64,000 bases of DNA from Bdellovibrionales bacterium (lineage in GTDB: Bacteria; Bdellovibrionota; Bdellovibrionia; Bdellovibrionales; UBA1609): the NCBI GenBank assembly GCA_965237565.1, contig OZ250145.1, positions 182,860 to 246,859 on the forward strand, read 5' to 3'. This document shows, one piece after another, positions 56,903 to 64,000 of this stretch. The notes below the pieces were generated by a model. It searched no databases, had not been told where the DNA came from, and saw only the letters and a list, made by a program, of their open reading frames with translations. How positions within the stretch are numbered: position 1 is the first letter of the stretch; every line of letters begins with the position of its first letter. The position numbers and the translations under genes were made by a program.

Positions 56903-58033
56903 TCAATCTCTACAAACAAAGGAAACTTCAGCCTCTTCACCAAAGGGCGTGTTTGTTGTGAATTCAATTTTTCGACCCTTGACCTCGTAATCGCTTACTC
57001 TTAGTCTCTCACCATCTACCTTTACCCAAAAAATCTTCTCAGGAAAACAGGGGAGAGGGATGGGAGGAACTTTTCCTAAATAATCAGCAATCTTTCCGAG
57101 TTGACTGCTATAGTTCCTGGAACAAATAGAGATCACTTTACCTTCCTGAATGTTCCCAAAAGTGTTTAGGATTCTTGCGGTTGGCTCAGAAGCTTCAGTG
57201 TATATTCTGCCCACCTCTCCTTTAGACTCACGTAAACAAACACTATCATTTTCCTTCACAATAATGGAATGAACAACTACCACCGAAAATTTATTTTGAA
57301 TGGTTACCTTTCTAAAAAAAGTTTCTGGTCTATCCATTTCTGTCAAAGGTAAAACGTCTCCAATAGCACCTTCTGGTATTTTTCCTCCATGGCTTCTTTC
57401 ATCTTCATCTGAAACAATGATCACCATGAACAAAGAATGAGGCCTGAAAAACTCACTGTTTTGGCTATTATCTAAAGCCATGTTTAAAACGTAAATACCT
57501 CTTTCATCGTCTGTTTCACTCTCATCAAGGTGTCTCAATAAACTTCGAAACTGATCAACATTTCGTTCATGCACAGAACGTTTTTGCTCAGGATTACTTA
57601 AAAATATTTTGTCATTTGGAAATACTAAGAACTCTCCTCGATCATTCTTCCAATCTGTAGTGATTACTCCAATGTTGTAATCTACTTGTTCAATTGTATT
57701 TAAGAAGTCATCAAATTGATCAGAGATAGAACGTAATTCCTCTTTCATGGAATGAGAATTATCCAGAACAAATAAAATATCGACCTTACCCAAACGAGTC
57801 TTAATGTTCGTCTTAAAATTACCTGTAAAATCATCATTCGGGAGGTTATCTTCAGGCACTTCTTCGCATTCCACGCCATCCACATTTCCATCGTCACAAC
57901 GAAACTTAGGAATTGCATCAAAACTTAGGTCCTGACAACTGACGATATAAAAAATAAACACAAAGCCGACAAGAACCAAAGACAAAGCAAGATGTTTCAA
58001 TAGAACTTCTTTTAATTTTTTCCAAATTTCCAT
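56903..58033 (-). CDS. Lipoprotein-like vWA/MIDAS protein, paralog 2 (extra C-terminal beta-rich domain)
   Basis: ATG 58033 gives MEIWKKL...FIFYIVSC (lipobox). VDILFVLDNSHSM (DxSxS), MVIIVSDEDE and VISICSRNYSS. The track ORF extends to 58114. Confidence 0.5.
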   Translation of the reverse strand: MEIWKKLKEVLLKHLALSLVLVGFVFIFYIVSCQDLSFDAIPKFRCDDGNVDGVECEEVPEDNLPNDDFTGNFKTNIKTRLGKVDILFVLDNSHSMKEELRSISDQFDDFLNTIEQVDYNIGVITTDWKNDRGEFLVFPNDKIFLSNPEQKRSVHERNVDQFRSLLRHLDESETDDERGIYVLNMALDNSQNSEFFRPHSLFMVIIVSDEDERSHGGKIPEGAIGDVLPLTEMDRPETFFRKVTIQNKFSVVVVHSIIVKENDSVCLRESKGEVGRIYTEASEPTARILNTFGNIQEGKVISICSRNYSSQLGKIADYLGKVPPIPLPCFPEKIFWVKVDGERLRVSDYEVKGRKIEFTTNTPFGEEAEVSFVCRD

Positions 58034-58223
58034 ATCTGCCTTAACGGCAAAATATGAAGCGTAGTTAAAAAAATCAGGACCAAAAGTGGAAATGGCCTCT
58101 CCCATTCCAAACAAAGCAATAGTACAGGATCAAGCAATTTCAATCTATAAGTCTGTGAATGATTTTTGCATGAATAATAGTTTAGGTAATGAAGAAACCA
58201 TTTTGATTGGGAGGTTAAAAACA

Positions 58224-58439
58224 ATGAGTTCAACAAATGTATCAAAAACATCTTACCAAGTGAATGAACAAGGTGAGACCGAAAAAACTCAGTTTCTTAG
58301 AGAACAAACAGAGTGTCCTATTTGCCAAGGGGAGTTAGATATTTTTGTAGAAAGTGTTCACACTCATCGTATCAAGGAAGAAGCTCGTTGCACCCAATGC
58401 ATGGCTTTGTCGAGAGTACAAAACCATTTCATTCATTAA
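58224..58439 (+). CDS. Small zinc-ribbon protein (hypothetical, 71 aa)
   Basis: GGGAGG lies 8 nt upstream of ATG 58224. CPIC...(22 aa)...CTQC is a four-Cys pattern. Confidence 0.45.
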   Translation: MSSTNVSKTSYQVNEQGETEKTQFLREQTECPICQGELDIFVESVHTHRIKEEARCTQCMALSRVQNHFIH

Positions 58440-58725
58440 GTAGTTTTTTTGTTCAAGCATCTGACATTCTTTCGTCGGACGTTTTTTAGACAGATATTGT
58501 CAAAATTTTGTCTATTTCTTTCCTTACAACTCCATAAAATAATATTTTCTTATGCCAACCAAAAGTATAAGAGGCCCCACTCATTGTTGAGACCAAAACA
58601 CTTGACAAGAAATATAGGATGGCGTACCTAGGGGGACGGACTTTCTGATTCTGCTTCATTGTTGCTTTTTCAAGGGCTACAGGGAATGCAACTAAGAGGT
58701 CAATTGATGATGGAGGCATTTATTT

Positions 58726-59028
58726 ATGTTCATAAACAAAGATAATTTTGTTTTTAATGGGTTTGATCCTTCTGATGAGTTCAAGGTGTATTGCAAGGAT
58801 GTCTATACCCGTGTTGAGGATAAAGCACCTAGTGAGTCCACGAAAATAGCTTTTATTAGCAAAACCAATACAGGTTATGAGGGAACTTTCCACATCACTT
58901 CAGCTTCTAGAGTGTTTAGAGTAAAATCTAAAAAGCAAGAAGCCAAATCTTTGATTGATGAGCTTTACAAAAAAATGTCTCTTCAAATTCTTGACTGGAA
59001 TCAAAGTCGCGATTTCACCATTGAGTAA
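58726..59028 (+). CDS. Hypothetical 100-aa protein, possibly HPF/RaiA-like fold
   Basis: GGAGG ribosome-binding site. The predicted beta-alpha-beta-beta-beta-alpha spacing and length resemble ribosome hibernation factors. No strict motif; low confidence. Confidence 0.3.
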   Translation: MFINKDNFVFNGFDPSDEFKVYCKDVYTRVEDKAPSESTKIAFISKTNTGYEGTFHITSASRVFRVKSKKQEAKSLIDELYKKMSLQILDWNQSRDFTIE

Positions 59029-59129
59029 AACAAAGCGAGTTGTCGTCATGCTATACGACCATGAGAAATCAAAATTGCGATTTCATTATTGGCCAACGTC
59101 CTTCCTTTTTTCGTAAAAACTCTCCCCAC

Positions 59130-59834
59130 ATGAAAAAGAAAGAAAATCCGACTCTGAGTCTCTTATTCAACATTGTATTGCCAGTTTTGATTCTCAATAA
59201 GGCCCACACACTTTTTGGACACGACTCAGGAGTCCTTATTTTATTACTCGCACTCTCCCTGCCAACAATTTATGGAATTTTTGATTTCATCCGAAAGAGA
59301 AAAAAAAATATTCTTTCAGCATTCGGTATTTTAAATATCCTTATGACAGGCGGATTGGCAATTTTAAAAGTGGAAGGAATATGGTTTGCGATCAAGGAAG
59401 CCTCTTTCCCTGCGTTGATAGGAATTTTTATTTTTATTTCAGCTTATGCAAAAAAACCTGCATTTCAATATTTGTTGTCGCACTCGCATATTTTCAACTG
59501 GAGTTTGATTGAATCAAAAATAAAAACATCCTTAGAATTGACTCAGATTTTTCAAAGTTTGTTAAAGAGATCAACCATTTGGCTCTCTTACTCTTTTTTC
59601 ATCAGTGCCATGATGAATTTTGTGCTGGCACTCCACATATTTAGTGACTCCTCCCAGATTTCCCCAAATAAAGAAACTCTTTTAAATCAAAATATTGCTG
59701 ATATGACTTGGCTTGGTTTTCTTGTCATCGGCGTGCCAATGACTATTTTCTCTATCATTATTTTTTTGTGGTTTATGAAAAGGCTCTCTACTCTTGTCCA
59801 ACTCCCTATGGAATCCTTGTTGAAAAAACATTGA
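59130..59834 (+). CDS. Small polytopic inner-membrane protein (YciB/IspZ- or VC0807-like)
   Basis: MKKKENPTLSLLFNIVLPVLILNK N-terminus recalls VC0807-family proteins (from memory). About 6 TM segments. Confidence 0.4.
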   Translation: MKKKENPTLSLLFNIVLPVLILNKAHTLFGHDSGVLILLLALSLPTIYGIFDFIRKRKKNILSAFGILNILMTGGLAILKVEGIWFAIKEASFPALIGIFIFISAYAKKPAFQYLLSHSHIFNWSLIESKIKTSLELTQIFQSLLKRSTIWLSYSFFISAMMNFVLALHIFSDSSQISPNKETLLNQNIADMTWLGFLVIGVPMTIFSIIIFLWFMKRLSTLVQLPMESLLKKH

Positions 59835-60921
59835 TACAATTATGTTCTTTTATATTCCAGAGGAATAAAAATACAAAACAGCATACAAAAAGGACAGAAA
59901 AAAAATGAGAATGCCAATTGATCGTAAAATGGAATCTTCTTTTTGTGACCACTTTTTCAAAAATTGCTCTTCGTTTCGCTATTTCCTGATAGAGCCATTC
60001 TCCCATTTTGCTAACCACTCCCAGACGAAAAATTGGAACCATATAAAAAATTAAGGGAGAACAAGAAACAAGATGCAACCAAACTTGCCAGCCTCTTTGC
60101 CAACCCTTCTCTTCACTCAATAACAACCAAGATGGTTCTTTTCTCATTTCAACCAATGCCCTCTGATTTATTCCAACCTTTAAAAAAGAAACATGGGGAA
60201 GGATGAGAAAAGACTGAATCAGACGAACTGATGTCTCACAAAAAGAACATTGATCATCATAATAGATGATTAAATGTTCATCTTTTTTTGGCAATAAATA
60301 ATGATAGCATTGCCAAAATCTTTCCGGTAGGAAAGCTAGAAAACCTGCCATATAAATCCAAGACAACAAGCTGAAAGGCATAAACAGCAAGTGAAATAGA
60401 ACCATGAAAAATATGATAAAGATTCTTAGAGGCCATAGGAAACCAAGAAATAAAAATAAAATGGGCATCCAGCTTTCAAAACCCATAGATTCACTTCCCG
60501 AAAACCAAGGACAAAAATAAACAACTAAAATCTGACAGATAAAAAGTATTGGATAAACGAAAAAATTTGTTGAAGATTCTATTCGTTTTTTTTGAAAAAT
60601 ATTATCAACTGAAAAATAATCTTCTAATGGCAAGAATAAAGACCAAAAAAGTATTGAATAGAGAAAAACAGATTGTAAAGTGCTTGTTGAATAAAAATTA
60701 ATATCCAACAAAAGTGAGGCAAGCCAAATAACAAAAATAGCTATTTTTGTTTTGTAACCAATGAGGATAAGAAGAATCGGTATGAGAAGAAGTAGAGAAA
60801 TTTTTTTGTCAAAAAAAAAAGAGCCACTCAACAGCTCAGTAAGAAAGACTAGGGCTAAGACCACTCTAAACAAGGCCAAAGAAGCCTTGTTTAAAGAAAA
60901 ATGATTTTTTATTAGATCCAT
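59806..60921 (-). CDS. HTTM-like membrane domain fused to DCC-family (DUF393) thiol-disulfide oxidoreductase domain
   Basis: The N-terminal ~215 aa are polytopic with ASLALFRVVLALVFLTE (HTTM-like opening). The C-terminal half has IIYYDDQCSFCETSVRLI (YDGxCxxC-like DCC motif) and ...WLYQEIAKRR. Confidence 0.55.
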   Translation of the reverse strand: MDLIKNHFSLNKASLALFRVVLALVFLTELLSGSFFFDKKISLLLLIPILLILIGYKTKIAIFVIWLASLLLDINFYSTSTLQSVFLYSILFWSLFLPLEDYFSVDNIFQKKRIESSTNFFVYPILFICQILVVYFCPWFSGSESMGFESWMPILFLFLGFLWPLRIFIIFFMVLFHLLFMPFSLLSWIYMAGFLAFLPERFWQCYHYLLPKKDEHLIIYYDDQCSFCETSVRLIQSFLILPHVSFLKVGINQRALVEMRKEPSWLLLSEEKGWQRGWQVWLHLVSCSPLIFYMVPIFRLGVVSKMGEWLYQEIAKRRAIFEKVVTKRRFHFTINWHSHFFSVLFVCCFVFLFLWNIKEHNCINVFSTRIP

Positions 60922-60976
60922 ATTTTCAGAAATGCAGTCCGCCTGACATTAGGCCCAAGTCTGCAAAGGAAAACTA

Positions 60977-62161
60977 TCATTTATTTTCGACTTCCTCAAA
61001 GAAAAAGTCTGAGGTGATCTGCTCGGCCAAAGAAGTGTAGTTTTTGTCACAAATGCTAGCTGAAGTCCCTTTAGTAAGTTCGACAATTTTGGAAAGTCGA
61101 ACAGCATAAAGATTCTCATTCGATAGAAATCCACCTTGTTGCTTCTGGCACTTTTCGTCCCCTGGTTTTACCAAAATACCATAGACAATGAATTTTTTAT
61201 ACTCTCCACCAAACTCATCATTGAAAACATGCACAACGTCTTCAGCAGTAGTTCTATGAGCAGGGTCCGTGTGTTCACCTTCATCGCTGTCAGAAATAAT
61301 AACAGTAACTACATTCGCATCATCTCTTAGATACTTTACATTTTTCTTTAAAAAGGAACGCATAGCTTTTAAAGGTTGCTCATTGTAGGAACCGCAAAAC
61401 GGAGGCCTTTGACACTTGCCCGGTACAAGTGATGCTTCATTCCTTCCCATTGTTGATATTGATGCTATCCCAGTGTGTACGTCCAGTGTATCCAAAAAAA
61501 TGGAACGATGATTGGGTGTATCTTTTGTTAGATAATGCGTGTCTTTTAAAATTACACCACGGTGTTCAAATGGCATGACTGAACCTTGTAGATTGTACGA
61601 AAAAAACCTGTGCTTATTATCTGTAGCATTGGTAAATAAAATTCTCCAGTCCAATGGCTTCAAAGCATTTAAAAAACCTTTAAACTTTTCACGTGACTTA
61701 CGCAAAAAGGAATCCATTGAATGAGAAGTATCCACAATAAAGATGATATCCAACTTGTTATTATCTACAAATGCTGAAGGATCAACAACTGGTACTTCAT
61801 CAACAATAACTTCCTCCTCTACTACCACCACTTCTACTAAGTCCGTCGCTTCTGATTGCTGGTTCTGAGAGAAGGCCTTTTTGCCAACTCTTGTTACGTC
61901 TGTTGCTTGTTGCAATTGCGTGGCCCACTCAGGCGTGTCTGCTCCCACTGGAGGCTGAGGCGTAGGAGCCTGAACAACGGCAGTTCCATCTCCCTCTTGT
62001 TGTTGTGCAACTTGCCTTTTCCCCACTCTTTCCTGCTCCACAGTTGAACGCAAATCTTTACTCCAAATAGGAACTTCTTCATCTCCTTCGGAAGACGTGA
62101 AATTAGCCATTCCGCAACCAATCATAAAAGTGAGACTTAGAATAATACTTAAAATTTTCAT
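60977..62161 (-). CDS. Lipoprotein vWA/MIDAS protein, paralog 3 (acidic/Gln-rich N-terminal region)
   Basis: GGAGG ribosome-binding site before ATG 62161. MKILSIILSLTFMIGC lipobox. LDIIFIVDTSHSM (DxSxS), VTVIISDSDE and SASICDKNYTS. Internal duplicated RVGK(R/K)...Q.QQ motif. Confidence 0.5.
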   Translation of the reverse strand: MKILSIILSLTFMIGCGMANFTSSEGDEEVPIWSKDLRSTVEQERVGKRQVAQQQEGDGTAVVQAPTPQPPVGADTPEWATQLQQATDVTRVGKKAFSQNQQSEATDLVEVVVVEEEVIVDEVPVVDPSAFVDNNKLDIIFIVDTSHSMDSFLRKSREKFKGFLNALKPLDWRILFTNATDNKHRFFSYNLQGSVMPFEHRGVILKDTHYLTKDTPNHRSIFLDTLDVHTGIASISTMGRNEASLVPGKCQRPPFCGSYNEQPLKAMRSFLKKNVKYLRDDANVVTVIISDSDEGEHTDPAHRTTAEDVVHVFNDEFGGEYKKFIVYGILVKPGDEKCQKQQGGFLSNENLYAVRLSKIVELTKGTSASICDKNYTSLAEQITSDFFFEEVENK

Positions 62162-62404
62162 TATGCAATCCTCCAAAACACTTCGTACCTTGTAAAGGAT
62201 CGACACATAGATGTGATAAGTAAAGTAATATTTTAGATAACAAAAAAATACCGACTCAAGATTTAAACCAATGATCTAGTTACATGAAAGATCTGGTTAT
62301 GTATCGGACCTAATACTGTAAGACCAATGGAGTGAAAGTCTAGACTTCTGGTTACATGATAAGGATCTGAGAAAGGGAGAGGCTGAAAACTTCTGGTTGC
62401 ATGA

Positions 62405-63418
62405 TCAGGGTGCAAGAGAACTTTGTAGTTTGGAACTAATCTGAATCGTAGCCTTCTCACGCTCTGACTCTATCCATGAAACAAAAACTGTACGAGAGAG
62501 TATCCGACTCATAAAAACATCAATGTCTGCATCGAACCCTTCTGATAGAGTGGCTTCTTTGTAAAAATCATCCACTTTCAATACAAAATTTTCATCACCT
62601 AGCTGAATCACTTTTTTAACAAGACCTTTTTGCGGTAGTTGAAAAATCACCTCATCAAAAAGCCTTTTGTGAGACTCCAAGCCCGGCAAAGAAGAGGAGC
62701 TTAGATCAAACATTCTCGTTTTTTTCCAATTTAGTTGCTTGTTTTTTAAAATTTTATTTAGCTGATTTTGATTCCCTTCTCTAATCAATTGTTTAAAGGA
62801 TTCTTCTTCTTCTGATTTTGTGAAATACTTTAAAGGGAACCGCAAATAACTTACTTGCACTTTAAAAGATTTGAGTTGAGAATTATTTTCTGTTTCTAGT
62901 CGAGACATATGAATCACCTTTGAAAATAAATTTTGCAGTCGGGAAGTCTCTATTTCTTTTTTAATTAAATTTTCAAAGTGGGAAGCAGAAAATCTCCGAC
63001 TTTTCAAAAAAGAGCGATACCTAGATCGTACAAAACGTCCGTCTTCTTGAAAAATAGAGATGGTAAAAATATTATCTCGAATCGCTTGATTAGAGACGAG
63101 AATACCGTTTTTGTCAGTGGCTTGGATCATCAACTCTGCGTGAATTAAAAAGTCCATAGCTTGACGGCGTAGCTTGATTTGACGCGTAGCTTCTATTTCT
63201 CCTCCAGATTCACGAGCCTGCGACTCAAGCACCTCCAAATAATTTTGATAGTCAAACCATGAAACAAGCTTATTATTCACCAGCAAAGCCGCCCCTCCCA
63301 GAGAACCGATTTGATTGACAGGAACGCCAATAAAAATAAAAACCAAACAAATGGTACCAAAAATGACATAAGAAGCGATGTTCTTAGGTCGAATAGGTTT
63401 TCTAATTTTTTCAAACAT
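62405..63418 (-). CDS. PpiD/SurA-N-like membrane-anchored periplasmic chaperone (no obvious PPIase domain)
   Basis: N-terminal anchor SYVIFGTICLVFIFIGV, followed by LLVNNKLVSWFDYQNYLE, like the PpiD N-terminal region. Confidence 0.5.
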   Translation of the reverse strand: MFEKIRKPIRPKNIASYVIFGTICLVFIFIGVPVNQIGSLGGAALLVNNKLVSWFDYQNYLEVLESQARESGGEIEATRQIKLRRQAMDFLIHAELMIQATDKNGILVSNQAIRDNIFTISIFQEDGRFVRSRYRSFLKSRRFSASHFENLIKKEIETSRLQNLFSKVIHMSRLETENNSQLKSFKVQVSYLRFPLKYFTKSEEEESFKQLIREGNQNQLNKILKNKQLNWKKTRMFDLSSSSLPGLESHKRLFDEVIFQLPQKGLVKKVIQLGDENFVLKVDDFYKEATLSEGFDADIDVFMSRILSRTVFVSWIESEREKATIQISSKLQSSLAP

Positions 63419-63504
63419 GGTCTTTTTGTTCTATAATCTCATTAATAAGAATCAAGCTCAATCTGGGGATTATTTTGTATTTTTTTAATTTCAATGTCAA
63501 AAAT

Positions 63505-64000
63505 ATGATCCTAATTATTTTTCTCATAGTGATTCCCTTGATTTTAATCACACTGGAGCCGTCAAGAATTGAAAACAATTTCCTATTCAGGTCTGTTTTT
63601 TATGCCACAGGCAAAACCCAAGCCATTTACCACTCTGCCATATCCAGCATACGCAATACAGCGGACATTTATCTGAATTTACTTCAAGCCAAAAAAACAG
63701 CCCGCCAGCTAAAAAGAGAAAATACAAAATTAAATGCTCAATTATTTCTCCTGCAAGAAATACGACAAGAAAATAAACGACTCAATAAACTGGTGAAGTT
63801 TCGTGAAAAGAAAACTCTCCAGTTCATAGTTGCTAAAGTCACTGGCCATGATCCTATTTCTGAATATCACCTTGTCACCATCAATCGTGGAACCGATCAG
63901 GGCGTAAAGAAAAATATGATAGTTATTAATGAAATAGGATTTATTGGTTATGTGTTCCGGGTTCATTCTCATTTTTCACAAATTATTTTACTTACAGACC
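63505..64000 (+). CDS. mreC: Rod shape-determining protein MreC (3' end beyond window)
   Basis: Not in the ORF track because it is open-ended. TM MILIIFLIVIPLILI, coiled coil LKRENTKLNAQLFLLQEIRQENKRLNKL, then VAKVTGHDPISEYHLVTINRGTDQGVKKNMIVIN. An alternative TTG start at 63475 is possible. Confidence 0.8.
   Translation, partial: MILIIFLIVIPLILITLEPSRIENNFLFRSVFYATGKTQAIYHSAISSIRNTADIYLNLLQAKKTARQLKRENTKLNAQLFLLQEIRQENKRLNKLVKFREKKTLQFIVAKVTGHDPISEYHLVTINRGTDQGVKKNMIVINEIGFIGYVFRVHSHFSQIILLTD

Noticed and set aside
58449-58719. ORFs 58449-58631 (+) and 58486-58719 (-) in the gap before the HPF-like gene.
   Set aside because: They overlap each other on opposite strands, lack ribosome-binding sites and motifs, and have odd composition. 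The region was treated as a non-coding leader or promoter.
37394-62405. The idea that the three repeat-rich intergenic regions (37.4 kb, 54.2 kb, 62.3 kb) belong to one dispersed element family, based on shared CCAAT...CTAG...CC.G.GCC-like strings.
   Set aside because: The similarity is limited to a few short, gapped words and could be chance. It needs a genome-wide alignment or motif search before any claim can be made.
62263-62460. The 65-aa minus-strand ORF in the PpiD-like / vWA3 intergenic region.
   Set aside because: Its repeated HVTRS peptide reflects the TCTGGTTACATGA DNA motif. No ribosome-binding site is present, and it overlaps the end of the PpiD-like gene.

Overview
AT-rich chromosomal segment from a diderm bacterium. 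It is densely coded and has no rRNA, CRISPR array, transposase or integrase. The gene content (tail of a T2SS-like gspJ-K-L-M-N cluster, FtsI with a C-terminal PASTA domain, giant lipoprotein metzincins, Flp-like pilin) is reminiscent of Bdellovibrionota/Oligoflexia-type lineages. That placement is inference only; I cannot run searches.

Most of the window is housekeeping: ssb, radA, def-fmt-rpe, birA, uvrA, folE2, an MscS channel, sucA-sucB-lpdA, ctaA, two crotonase-family enzymes, trpS, serS, maf, lgt, tRNA-Ser(GCT), tRNA-Arg(ACG), grxB, ggt, a truncated dcw cluster (rsmH-ftsL-ftsI-murE-murF-mraY-murD, no mraZ), hpt, ampD, sohB, a PpiD-like chaperone and the 5' part of mreC.

Non-housekeeping content worth follow-up:
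1. An operon-like module with a small outer-membrane beta-barrel plus two tandem ~1250-aa lipoprotein metzincins (13.2-21.9 kb).
2. Three dispersed paralogous secreted vWA/MIDAS-like proteins. One lies directly upstream of an HTTM-like/DCC thiol-oxidoreductase fusion gene.
3. A near-perfect 70-bp x 3.5 tandem repeat between one vWA gene and trpS.
4. A pseudo-receiver protein with nested acidic repeats, translationally coupled to birA.
5. A G10 tract on the def ribosome-binding site.
6. An isolated Flp-type pilin candidate.
7. An orphan beta-class DNA methyltransferase overlapping ctaA.
8. Repeated motifs in the rsmH/hpt divergent region.

All functional calls rest on motifs read directly from the translations. 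No database search was possible.
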